Positions 28,983-37,805 of a stretch of 64,000 bases of DNA are shown here, in pieces. The notes beneath the pieces are model-generated. The model was not told the origin of the DNA. It searched no databases and worked only from the letters and a program-made list of their open reading frames with translations. The translations under genes were made by a program, and so were the position numbers. Numbering within the stretch: position 1 is the stretch's first letter; the number at the start of each line of letters is the position of its first letter. Origin of the DNA: an uncultured Prolixibacteraceae bacterium (GTDB lineage Bacteria > Bacteroidota > Bacteroidia > Bacteroidales > FEN-979); assembly GCA_964473485.1 (NCBI GenBank), contig CAYYPH010000002.1, positions 59,143 to 123,142 on the forward strand. The letters run 5' to 3'.

Positions 28983-30125
28983 ATGATCAACCTTGATACA
29001 TTCAATCCCGGACATTTTGAAATGGGATACGAATATAAATATTTCCTGCCTGAAAAGGTTAATACCGACTGGCAATGGAGTGACCCAACCATTAATGTAC
29101 TATTGGAAAAAGCAGCCGTAAGTCTTGGAGCGCTCAACTCCTATGCGTTATTGGTCCCAGATATCGATCTGTTCATCCAGCTGCATGTAATAAAAGAAGC
29201 CGTACAGTCAAGCAGGATCGAAGGAACCCGCACCAATATCAATGAAGTGGTTATGCCGGAGGACGAAGTAAAGCCGGACAGAAGAAAAGATTGGCGTGAA
29301 GTTAATAACTATATCCGGGCACTAAATGAAGCCGTTAAAGAACTAGGTGTTTTGCCTATTTCAACCCGCTTGATCAAAAAAACACACAGTATTCTACTGG
29401 AGAGCGTCAGGGGTGAACATAAGCATCCGGGAGAATACAGGACAAGCCAGAATTGGATTGGCGGCAACAGCCTTCATGACGCAGCATTTATACCGCCTCA
29501 CGAGCGATATGTTAATGAGCTGATGGGGGACCTTGAAAATTTTATCCACAATGACCAGATCAGAATACCGGCCTTGATCCGTGCAGGCATCATTCATTAC
29601 CAGTTCGAAACGATACACCCGTTTCTTGATGGAAATGGAAGGATAGGAAGGCTCTTAATAACTCTTTACCTGGTTAATCAAAAGATCCTGGACAAGCCCT
29701 TGTTATACCTGTCATCCTATTTTGAAAAGAACAAGGGTCTTTATTATGATAACCTGATGATGGTACGAATGAAAGCTGACATGGCACAATGGCTGAAATA
29801 TTTTCTTGTCGGCATTGAACAGACTTCTGCTCAAGCAATAACAACACTGACGGCAATTCTTGAATTGAAGGCGCATATTGACCGTGAGGTACAGGTCAAT
29901 TTCAAGCGTAGGGGATACGCAGCACTTAAGTTATTCAATACACTTTATAAAAATCCGGTTGTTAATGTCGAATCTGCAGCCAGGATATGTGGTTTGAGTT
30001 ATAAGGCAGCAAATGATTTAATCCTTTTAATGCAGAAAACCGGTTATTTGACTGAAACCACTGGTCAAAGCCGAAACCGACTTTTTATTTTCCAGCCATA
30101 TCTTGATATTTTCGAAAGAAGATAG
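28983..30125 (+). CDS. Fic-family protein (AMPylase type) with N-terminal inhibitory helix
   Basis: Fic motif HPFLDGNGRIGRLL. An upstream SSRIEG fits the (S/T)xxxE(G/N) auto-inhibition motif. The C-terminal region is winged-helix-like. Start taken at ATG 28983. Confidence 0.9.
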   Translation: MINLDTFNPGHFEMGYEYKYFLPEKVNTDWQWSDPTINVLLEKAAVSLGALNSYALLVPDIDLFIQLHVIKEAVQSSRIEGTRTNINEVVMPEDEVKPDRRKDWREVNNYIRALNEAVKELGVLPISTRLIKKTHSILLESVRGEHKHPGEYRTSQNWIGGNSLHDAAFIPPHERYVNELMGDLENFIHNDQIRIPALIRAGIIHYQFETIHPFLDGNGRIGRLLITLYLVNQKILDKPLLYLSSYFEKNKGLYYDNLMMVRMKADMAQWLKYFLVGIEQTSAQAITTLTAILELKAHIDREVQVNFKRRGYAALKLFNTLYKNPVVNVESAARICGLSYKAANDLILLMQKTGYLTETTGQSRNRLFIFQPYLDIFERR

Positions 30126-30175
30126 CAGGAATAAAATCCGGATTCATGAGCAGTGAAAATGAGCGACTTGGAAGG

Positions 30176-30211
30176 AATAAAAAAGGACCCTAAGTGGTTG
30201 ATTTAGAGTCC
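30176..30211 (-). terminator. rho-independent terminator of ssrA
   Basis: 10-bp stem (30183-30192 / 30202-30211). Its single irregular pair is G-U only on the minus strand. The stem is followed on the minus strand by UUUUUAUU. Confidence 0.55.
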
Positions 30212-30213
30212 TT

Positions 30214-30585
30214 GTGGAGCTGGAGGGATTCGAACCCTCGTCCAAACAGGTAGCAAAAGTGCTTTCTACATGCTTAGCTTCCGGTTGGTTGTCGGGATCC
30301 GGATGGTCAGAAGCGGTCCTGCCGAATCCTTAGTTCTTTTTATTTCACCGCAACTGCAGAACAAAGCCGCGATTATCCCGACTTTTGCGATGCCTCGTCC
30401 GGAACACCGTCAGGAGGGGTTTTCCGGGAGACAAGACGCGCCTAATTTCTAAAATTAAGCAGCCAGTCTGTAAGAATAATTGTCGCCATTTATTGGCTGT
30501 GTGAACTGACTTTTTACGAGATCTGCTCACGAACCCTCGGCATGCTTACAATCCCACTTCCCTGCTGTCAAAACCGGTCAGCCCC
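30214..30585 (-). ncRNA. ssrA: tmRNA (SsrA)
   Basis: 5' GGGGCTGACCGGTTTTGACAGC. 3' GGACGAGGGTTCGAATCCCTCCAGCTCCA, with a G3-U acceptor pair. Internal tag reading frame GGC GAC AAT TAT TCT TAC AGA CTG GCT GCT TAA (30454-30486) gives GDNYSYRLAA. Confidence 0.92.
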
Positions 30586-30596
30586 GGAAGTTTCTG

Positions 30597-30604
30597 CAAA
30601 GATA
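30597..30604 (-). promoter_or_regulatory. -7 box TATCTTTG upstream of ssrA
   Basis: TAnnTTTG consensus, 11 nt upstream of the tmRNA 5' G. Confidence 0.45.
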
Positions 30605-30633
30605 CGAAAAAAAAGCGGGATGGCACCAGAATA

Positions 30634-31647
30634 TCAATATTCCTTGAGTTTCAGGATGCGGTCGACAAACTCTGAGATGTCATAGTTGTCGTTGAAAATT
30701 TTATGAAGTTCTGCCATCAGCGGAAACTTTTCCCCGATGTCGGCTTGTGCGGAAATTTCCCGGTGAAAAATATTGACGGCGGTTTTTCCTTCCAGCACCA
30801 GTTCATGCGACACGTGTTCAGTGAAAAAACCCTTGCCAATCAGCAGTCCGAGGGTTCTGTTACGGCTCAGGTCATTCAACGCCGTTAGTGTAAAATCACC
30901 AAATCCGCAATAGTTGAACAAGGTCTCTTCCCTTCCTCCGTACCAGAGCAAAACGTTGCGCATTTCGCGAAATGCCTTGGTCAGGATCATGAACCGGAGG
31001 TTCGGGGAATTGAAATGGGCATCAACAATGCCCAGGACGACGGCGTAAATATTTTTCAAAATACTGAGTATTTCCACCCCCCGTATATCGGTGGAATAAT
31101 CGAGATACAGGTTGGTGCCTGCAATCAAATCACTGACTAACTCACGAATCTCAACTCCTTGCGTGATTGTTTCCGGGTACCCGAGCGTGAAACCGGTCGG
31201 CATCCGGTTAATGATCTCCCGGGCAAAACTGGGACCCTTAAGGGTACAAACGGGATTGGCGAAATTGTTTTTAAGGCAGTCGGCAATGGTCCGACCGGTA
31301 TTGCCAAATCCCTTTGCCAGGTTTATCAGCAGTGCATCTTCACGAATATCCTGCGACAGTGTCCTGAGATAATCGATCATGACCACCGAAGGGATCGCCA
31401 GAAATATAACCCGGCAGTTTCGGAGGTCACTGTTGTTGGTTGTTGCGCTCAGCTTTTCAGCAAGTCTCAGAGCCGGGAAATACCTGGTATTGATCCTGGT
31501 GCTGTTAATATCCGCTGCGATTTGCGGCTCAATGGTGTGCAGCAATACCGGGTGCCTGCCCGCTTCGGCAATGACATTGCCAAGAGCAGTGCCGATGGCC
31601 CCGGCGCCTATGATCGCAATTCCTGATCTCTTTATTTTCATAATCAA
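30634..31647 (-). CDS. gpsA: NAD(P)H-dependent glycerol-3-phosphate dehydrogenase-like protein
   Basis: IAIIGAGAIGTALG Rossmann motif and LKGPSFAREI (GpsA signature region). Its start overlaps the kinase stop by 4 nt. Confidence 0.7.
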   Translation of the reverse strand: MIMKIKRSGIAIIGAGAIGTALGNVIAEAGRHPVLLHTIEPQIAADINSTRINTRYFPALRLAEKLSATTNNSDLRNCRVIFLAIPSVVMIDYLRTLSQDIREDALLINLAKGFGNTGRTIADCLKNNFANPVCTLKGPSFAREIINRMPTGFTLGYPETITQGVEIRELVSDLIAGTNLYLDYSTDIRGVEILSILKNIYAVVLGIVDAHFNSPNLRFMILTKAFREMRNVLLWYGGREETLFNYCGFGDFTLTALNDLSRNRTLGLLIGKGFFTEHVSHELVLEGKTAVNIFHREISAQADIGEKFPLMAELHKIFNDNYDISEFVDRILKLKEY

Positions 31648-33992
31648 TTGTTTCGTTCAGTCGAAAAGGTGATGTTGAAGGAGGTTTCTTCATCCGATTT
31701 AATCTCCAGTCTTGCTTCAATCTGTTCCACCAGCAAAGAGATGATCTGGCTGCCCATGGTGGCGGCATCATTCAGGGTAAAGCCGTCAGGCAGACCAATG
31801 CCATCATCGCTAACTGTAAGACAAAATTGCTGGCTGCCCGCCGGAGCCAGCCTGATTTTAACCAATCCCGACCGGTCGCCGGGAAACGCATACTTATATG
31901 CATTGGTCATCAGTTCATTGACGATAAGGCCCAGCGGCAATGCCATCTCAATAGGGACCACGCAATGATGGATGCTTGTTTTTAACCTGATCCTGTCGTT
32001 ATTATAAGAACCGGAAATCACGAACGCCAGCCTCAGCAGATAATCATCAAACGATACCTCGCTGATCTGTTGAGTGTTGAATAGGTGTTCGTGAACAAGA
32101 GACATCGTTCTTATTCGCAGTTGCAGATCGGCCAGTGAATTATTCAATACGCTGTCTTCAGAAGTTTCGCGCTGCATGCTCATCAGGCTGACCAGTATCG
32201 AAAAATTGTTCTTAACCCGGTTGTGTATCTCATGCAGCAACTGCTCCTTTTTTTTCGCATTTTGCGCAATCTCCTCTTCATGGACCTTCAGGTCGGAAAT
32301 GTCCCTGATCACAGTAATGATCTCTGATATCTCGCCAGTTCGGTCATCAATAACCGGATTCACTGATTTTTCTGCCCAGAAGAAGGATCCGTCTTTCCTG
32401 ATGGCCTTATAGGAATAACTTATCGCTTTTTTTTGCTCTAACATCCCAACCAGAGATTGGTTGACCAGGTGCCGGTCGTTTGGATGGACCAGTTGCAAAG
32501 GTGTTTCGAAACCGCACATCTCCCCGGCAGTGTATCCGAAAAGCTTTACGCACAATGGACTAACATATATCCTCCGGAGATTCTTATCGAGCATCGATAT
32601 GACGTCGATGGTGTTTTCGGCAAGAAACCGGTGAAGTTCTTCGCTCTGGTGCAGACGGTCGGCAACCTCTTTGCGCTCCCTGATCTCATTCATCAAACGG
32701 TAATTGATATTGCTCAGCTTTTGTTTTTTTCTCCGCTGACGGCGGATGAATACCAGAACGCCAAGCGACATAAATACCATCGATATGAAAATGACCTCAA
32801 AAACGACTATTTTTATCAACCGGTTTGTAAATTGTAATTGCTGAATTTCAATTTCTTTGTTAATCAATTCGTTTCTTTCCAGTTCTTTTTTAATGGCACG
32901 GTTGGCTTCTTTTAAACTGACCTCCTTTGTTGCTTTTTCAAGAATTAACTGCCTTTTAGCTTCATTCGCTTTTCTTGCAAAAAAAAATGCATTGCGGTAA
33001 TTGGCGTCATCATATGAAACTTGTGAAAGATTTTTGTAAACCGATGCCAGCAGATAATAGTATTTCTGCGATTCAGCAAACATTAATGATTTGTCGAAGA
33101 ATACCTTTGCCGAATCTCTGTTTTGCAAAAGCCAGTATGACATACCGACATTAAACAACGAAGAGGCGATAAAGTCTCGCTGTCCCACCTCAACTCTGTA
33201 TTTCAAAGCAATGAAATTATGGGCCAGGGATTCGTGCAGCTTCCCCATTTGCTGGTATACATGAGCGATTCTTGTCTCAACGATAGCCTGTTCTGACAGA
33301 TCATCGACTGATACGTAATTTTTCAATGATTGTTGATAAAAATAAACTGCTTTCGAGAATTCATTTAACTCAACATACGAATCCCCAAGTAGTTTATAAA
33401 CTCTGGCAACCTTGATATAATCATTGGTTTTATTAAAAAAGTAAAGTGAAAGGTACAGACGCTGAATAGTCATTTCATACTGGCCTTTCTTTAATAAAAG
33501 CCCTGCTTCGCCTAATAGAACGCGTGCCTCCATGTTGGAATTCTTGAAATGTTGAGCAACTTCGTATGCCTGGTGAAGATAATTCTCCGCAACAGGAAAT
33601 TCATCGATTTCAACAAAGAATTCTGCAATCCAAATGTAGGTATCTATTATTTTAACTGTGTCTTTAAGACTGAGGTTGAACTCTGCAATCCTTGACAGAC
33701 ATGTGAAGGCGCTGTCATACTGATGGTAAAAGAAATAAACATTCAGCAAGTTTTTCAACGCTTTAATTTCACCATTGGCATAGCTGATTTCCCTGGACAG
33801 TTGAAGTGCTTTAATTGAAAGGAGCTTGAACTTTTGTGGGTGGGTATGCCGATAGATCTGCGTTAGGTTGTCCAACGAATCGATTAGCCGGATAGTTGGT
33901 TTTTGATCGCTTTGATCGGCCGGATAGAGAGAGGATGGCGCAATAATCAGATAGAGTAAGATTACCCGGATCAGAAAATGTTTCATATTCAT
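31644..33992 (-). CDS. TPR-repeat / TM / PAS sensor histidine kinase (HisKA_2-type H-box)
   Basis: Signal peptide, ~350 aa of TPR-like repeats, a TM helix (IVVFEVIFISMVFMSLGVLVFI), a PAS domain, the H-box HEIHNRVKNNFSIL, and an HATPase region. Confidence 0.85.
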   Translation of the reverse strand: MNMKHFLIRVILLYLIIAPSSLYPADQSDQKPTIRLIDSLDNLTQIYRHTHPQKFKLLSIKALQLSREISYANGEIKALKNLLNVYFFYHQYDSAFTCLSRIAEFNLSLKDTVKIIDTYIWIAEFFVEIDEFPVAENYLHQAYEVAQHFKNSNMEARVLLGEAGLLLKKGQYEMTIQRLYLSLYFFNKTNDYIKVARVYKLLGDSYVELNEFSKAVYFYQQSLKNYVSVDDLSEQAIVETRIAHVYQQMGKLHESLAHNFIALKYRVEVGQRDFIASSLFNVGMSYWLLQNRDSAKVFFDKSLMFAESQKYYYLLASVYKNLSQVSYDDANYRNAFFFARKANEAKRQLILEKATKEVSLKEANRAIKKELERNELINKEIEIQQLQFTNRLIKIVVFEVIFISMVFMSLGVLVFIRRQRRKKQKLSNINYRLMNEIRERKEVADRLHQSEELHRFLAENTIDVISMLDKNLRRIYVSPLCVKLFGYTAGEMCGFETPLQLVHPNDRHLVNQSLVGMLEQKKAISYSYKAIRKDGSFFWAEKSVNPVIDDRTGEISEIITVIRDISDLKVHEEEIAQNAKKKEQLLHEIHNRVKNNFSILVSLMSMQRETSEDSVLNNSLADLQLRIRTMSLVHEHLFNTQQISEVSFDDYLLRLAFVISGSYNNDRIRLKTSIHHCVVPIEMALPLGLIVNELMTNAYKYAFPGDRSGLVKIRLAPAGSQQFCLTVSDDGIGLPDGFTLNDAATMGSQIISLLVEQIEARLEIKSDEETSFNITFSTERNN

Positions 33993-34105
33993 GCTATCTG
34001 AAAATAGTTGAATACGTTGCCGCAGCGTTTTGGTAATTCCATAATTCTGATCGGATGGGATACGGCCATTCTACCTGATTTCATAGCAAAAATATAAAAT
34101 AATCT

Positions 34106-34113
34106 TAACTTTG
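34106..34113 (+). promoter_or_regulatory. -7 box TAACTTTG
   Basis: TAnnTTTG consensus, 18 nt upstream of ATG 34131. Confidence 0.4.
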
Positions 34114-34130
34114 CGGTTTGACACAAAACA

Positions 34131-35129
34131 ATGGAACTTAACAACAGAAAAGTACTGGTAACGGGGGCAGGTGGCTTCATCGGCAGTCATCTTGTTGAAC
34201 AGCTCATCAGGCAAAACTGTGAAGTGAAAGCCTTCGTTCATTATAACTCATTCGGACGATGGGGTTGGCTTGATTCTCTGCCCAAAGACCTGATATCGGG
34301 TATCGAGATTTTCAGCGGTGATATACGCGACCCGAACGGGGTGAATGCAGCCATGAAGGGCACCTCTGCTGTTTTTCACCTGGCAGCGTTGATAGGAATT
34401 CCCTATAGCTATCACTCCCCGGACGTTTATGTCGATACCAATGTCAAAGGTACCTTGAACATTTTACAGGCAGCAAGGAACCAGGGAGTGGAGAAGGTGA
34501 TCCATACCTCGACCTCTGAGGTTTACGGAACCGCTCAGTTTGTACCCATTACCGAAACGCATCCGGTCAATCCCCAATCACCATACGCCGCTACCAAAGC
34601 CGGCGCCGATTTTCTGGCACTTACTTTTTTCCGTTCATTCGATACCCCGGTGGTGGTAGTAAGGCCATTCAACACTTATGGTCCCCGGCAATCTGCCCGC
34701 GCCGTCATTCCAACCATTATCACCCAGATCCTGTCAGGAAAAAGAACACTTCGGCTGGGTGCGCTCTCTCCCACACGCGATCTCAATTACGTTACCGATA
34801 CCGCCATGGGATTTATCCGGGCTGCCATGAGTGACGGAGTGAACGGCGAGATTGTAAACCTGGGAAACAATACCGAAATCACGATCGGCGACCTGGCAGA
34901 AAAGATCGCCGGTATCCTGGAGACTACAATACAAATTGAATCAACCGATGAGCGGAAACGGCCGGAGCAGAGTGAAGTTGAACGCCTCTGGGCCGATAAT
35001 AAGAAGGCCGGCGATCTGTTTGCATGGAAGCCGGCGGTCTCTCTCGATGAGGGACTGCGAAAAACCATTGACTGGTTTCGTGATCCGGAGCATATGAGTT
35101 TCTACAGACCTGAAATTTACGTCATCTGA
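34131..35129 (+). CDS. NAD-dependent sugar-nucleotide epimerase/dehydratase
   Basis: VLVTGAGGFIGSHL, STSEVYG and YAATK (YxxxK). Confidence 0.85.
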   Translation: MELNNRKVLVTGAGGFIGSHLVEQLIRQNCEVKAFVHYNSFGRWGWLDSLPKDLISGIEIFSGDIRDPNGVNAAMKGTSAVFHLAALIGIPYSYHSPDVYVDTNVKGTLNILQAARNQGVEKVIHTSTSEVYGTAQFVPITETHPVNPQSPYAATKAGADFLALTFFRSFDTPVVVVRPFNTYGPRQSARAVIPTIITQILSGKRTLRLGALSPTRDLNYVTDTAMGFIRAAMSDGVNGEIVNLGNNTEITIGDLAEKIAGILETTIQIESTDERKRPEQSEVERLWADNKKAGDLFAWKPAVSLDEGLRKTIDWFRDPEHMSFYRPEIYVI

Positions 35130-35130
35130 T

Positions 35131-35832
35131 ATGAAAGCCGTCATCCTGGCCGGCGGAAAAGGAACGCGGCTGAAACCTTACACCACGGTGATCCCAAAAC
35201 CACTGGTGCCTGTTGGCGAAAGGGCGATCCTTGAAATCCTGATCTCACGCCTGAAGAAACAGGGAGTCGATGAAATTTTTATCTGCCTCAACCATTTTGC
35301 CGAGATAATTATGGCCTTTTTCGGCGATGGAAGCCGTTTTGGACTAAAGATTCATTATTCACTTGAAAATGAGCCCCTCGGAACCGTTGCCCCGATAAAA
35401 CTGATCAGGGATCTGCCGGAACAGTTTCTGGTGATGAACGGCGATTTGCTCACAGATCTGAATTTCAGCAATCTGTTCACTTATCATCTGCAGCGGCAGT
35501 CGATGCTCACGGTTTCCACATTCACAAGAAAGACGAAGATCGACTTTGGCGTCATTGACGTCGATCCGCTGAAATCGGTGGCTACAGGATTTCGTGAAAA
35601 ACCTGAATACACCTTCGAGGTAAGCATGGGGGTCTATGTGATGAATCGTTCAGTGCTTGAGTATGTTCCTTCAGGCCAGCCATTTGGATTTGATAACCTG
35701 ATGCTGACACTCCTGGGATCGAATCAGGCCGTAAACATTTTTCATTACGATGGCTATTGGCTCGATATCGGCCGTCCCGATGATTATGAAAAGGCCAATG
35801 AGGACATTGATGAGTTAACAGGAATACTATGA
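35131..35832 (+). CDS. sugar-phosphate nucleotidyltransferase
   Basis: MKAVILAGGKGTRLKPYT N-terminal motif. Confidence 0.85.
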   Translation: MKAVILAGGKGTRLKPYTTVIPKPLVPVGERAILEILISRLKKQGVDEIFICLNHFAEIIMAFFGDGSRFGLKIHYSLENEPLGTVAPIKLIRDLPEQFLVMNGDLLTDLNFSNLFTYHLQRQSMLTVSTFTRKTKIDFGVIDVDPLKSVATGFREKPEYTFEVSMGVYVMNRSVLEYVPSGQPFGFDNLMLTLLGSNQAVNIFHYDGYWLDIGRPDDYEKANEDIDELTGIL

Positions 35833-36692
35833 GCAACATCCTGGTTACCGGATCTGCTGGTTTCATAGGCCGGGCCCTGGTCAGCAGGTTTCGCGGTGAA
35901 GGTCACCGGGTGTTTGCTTTTGACACAGAACAGGGGGATATCACTGTTGAACATTCCCTTGATATTTTCTACAATGATGGAATTGAACATGTGTTCCATC
36001 TTGCTGGCAAGACATTCGTACCGGAAAGCTGGTCGGACCCGTTCGCCTTTTTCAACGTTAACCTGATGGGTACGGTCAATGTGCTTGAATTCTGCCGTAC
36101 AACAGGTGCAGGGCTCACCTATGTCAGTTCTTATCTTTATGGCGAACCGTCCTATCTTCCCATCGATGAAGATCACCCGCTGAAATCCTATAATCCTTAT
36201 AGCCAGAGCAAAATAATTGCCGACCAGACCTGCCGGTTCTATGCACTCAACTACCATATCCCGGTTTGCATTTTCCGTCCATTCAATGCTTACGGCCCCG
36301 GACAATCCAACCGGTTTCTGATCCCGGAGATCATTTCGAAAGTCATGGACCCCTCTGTTGCGGTTGTGGAAGTAATGGACCTTAAGCCACGACGAGACTA
36401 TATTTATATCGACGACCTGGTCGATGCGCTCGATCTCTCCATTGGCAAACCACACGGTATTTACAATATTGGGAGCGGAACTTCTTATAGCGTTGAGGAT
36501 ATTATCAAAATCGTCATGCAGTTTTCCGGTATTACAAAGCCTTACCATGCAAAGGCAATGACCAGGCCAAACGAGATTTATGATCTTTTTGCCGACACAA
36601 CAAATGCCAAGGAACACCTGCAATGGCTCCCCAAAACCAGTTTCGCAGACGGTATCAGGAACTGTTTGACTGCTTATATTATTGAGAAATGA
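35829..36692 (+). CDS. NAD-dependent epimerase/dehydratase family protein
   Basis: ILVTGSAGFIGRAL and YSQSK (YxxxK). Translationally coupled to both neighbours. Confidence 0.8.
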   Translation: MSNILVTGSAGFIGRALVSRFRGEGHRVFAFDTEQGDITVEHSLDIFYNDGIEHVFHLAGKTFVPESWSDPFAFFNVNLMGTVNVLEFCRTTGAGLTYVSSYLYGEPSYLPIDEDHPLKSYNPYSQSKIIADQTCRFYALNYHIPVCIFRPFNAYGPGQSNRFLIPEIISKVMDPSVAVVEVMDLKPRRDYIYIDDLVDALDLSIGKPHGIYNIGSGTSYSVEDIIKIVMQFSGITKPYHAKAMTRPNEIYDLFADTTNAKEHLQWLPKTSFADGIRNCLTAYIIEK

Positions 36693-37771
36693 TGCAACCA
36701 GGCCATGCGAAGTTGCTTTTCATCAAGCCGGCAGATTCCTCGTTTGTTCTGGTAGATGAGGCTATCCTGAAAAAGACATATACGGTTATCTCTTTCCTGA
36801 TCAATCAAAAGAAATCACGGCTTCATTTTATCAGGAGGATGTTAAACCTGGTCATATTTTTAATCATGAATGCCCGAAATAGTGTTGCATGGGTTTGCTG
36901 GTTCGGTGATTATCATGCGGCCGTGATGGTACTTATGGGAAAATTTTTTGGAAAAAAAGTGATTGTATTTGCTGGTGGACAGGATGCAATATGTTATCCG
37001 GATTTAAAGAAAGGGGTCTTTTGCAACCGACTGCGCGCTGCATGTGTCAGGTATGCCTTCAGGAATGCCTGGTATATACTGCCGAATCACAAATCACTGT
37101 TATATCATGAAAATTTCTATTATTCTGAAGATGGCAAAAAGGACGGAATCTTTTTTTATGTTAATGGCCTTAAAACACCATTTACTGTCATCCCTAATGG
37201 CATAGCACCAGGAAATTATTACCGTGATATTTCTATCCGGAAAGAGGACAACAGGGTGATGACAGCCGGAACAATGAGCAGTGCCAATGATTTCATCAAC
37301 AAGGGATTTGATCTTTTTGTTACCATGGCATCACTTTGTGAAGATATTGAATTTACGCTCGTTGGTGTCAGTGAACTCTTCATCCCATGGATTGAGAAAT
37401 CTTTTCATGTTCAGGATATACCTAATTTGAAAATTATATGTTTTTCAAAGAGTAATATTTTATTTCAGGAATATAACCGCGCCAAGGTTTTCGTACAGGC
37501 TTCCATTACCGAGGGAATGCCCAACACTTTAAGCGAAGCCATGCTGTGCGGATGCATACCGGTTGGGTCGAATGTCAATGGAATTCCCGATGCCATCGGC
37601 GAGACAGGAGTTATTGTTTACAGGCGCGATGTGAACGAACTGGTTGCCGCAGTTCGCAAAGCTTTGACTTTGAATACAGGGGAACTCGCCCGCCGGCATG
37701 TACTCGAAAACTTCACCCTGCAACACCGCGAAGCTAAGATTTTGACGTTGTTTTCTGAAATATTGAGGTAA
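36689..37771 (+). CDS. glycosyltransferase (GT4-like)
   Basis: EGMPNTLSEAMLCGCIPVGS matches the E-x7-E region of GT-B retaining glycosyltransferases. Confidence 0.72.
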   Translation: MMQPGHAKLLFIKPADSSFVLVDEAILKKTYTVISFLINQKKSRLHFIRRMLNLVIFLIMNARNSVAWVCWFGDYHAAVMVLMGKFFGKKVIVFAGGQDAICYPDLKKGVFCNRLRAACVRYAFRNAWYILPNHKSLLYHENFYYSEDGKKDGIFFYVNGLKTPFTVIPNGIAPGNYYRDISIRKEDNRVMTAGTMSSANDFINKGFDLFVTMASLCEDIEFTLVGVSELFIPWIEKSFHVQDIPNLKIICFSKSNILFQEYNRAKVFVQASITEGMPNTLSEAMLCGCIPVGSNVNGIPDAIGETGVIVYRRDVNELVAAVRKALTLNTGELARRHVLENFTLQHREAKILTLFSEILR

Positions 37772-37805
37772 AAACCAAGTTATTCCTTTTGCCAATCGCA
37801 GAACA

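Noticed and set aside
27693-30213. Fic/methyltransferase islet as a tmRNA-integrated genomic island.
   Set aside because: There is no integrase and I could not find a direct repeat of the ssrA 3' end. The ssrA terminator follows the gene immediately, so no integration scar is visible. I kept it only as a low-interest compositional observation.
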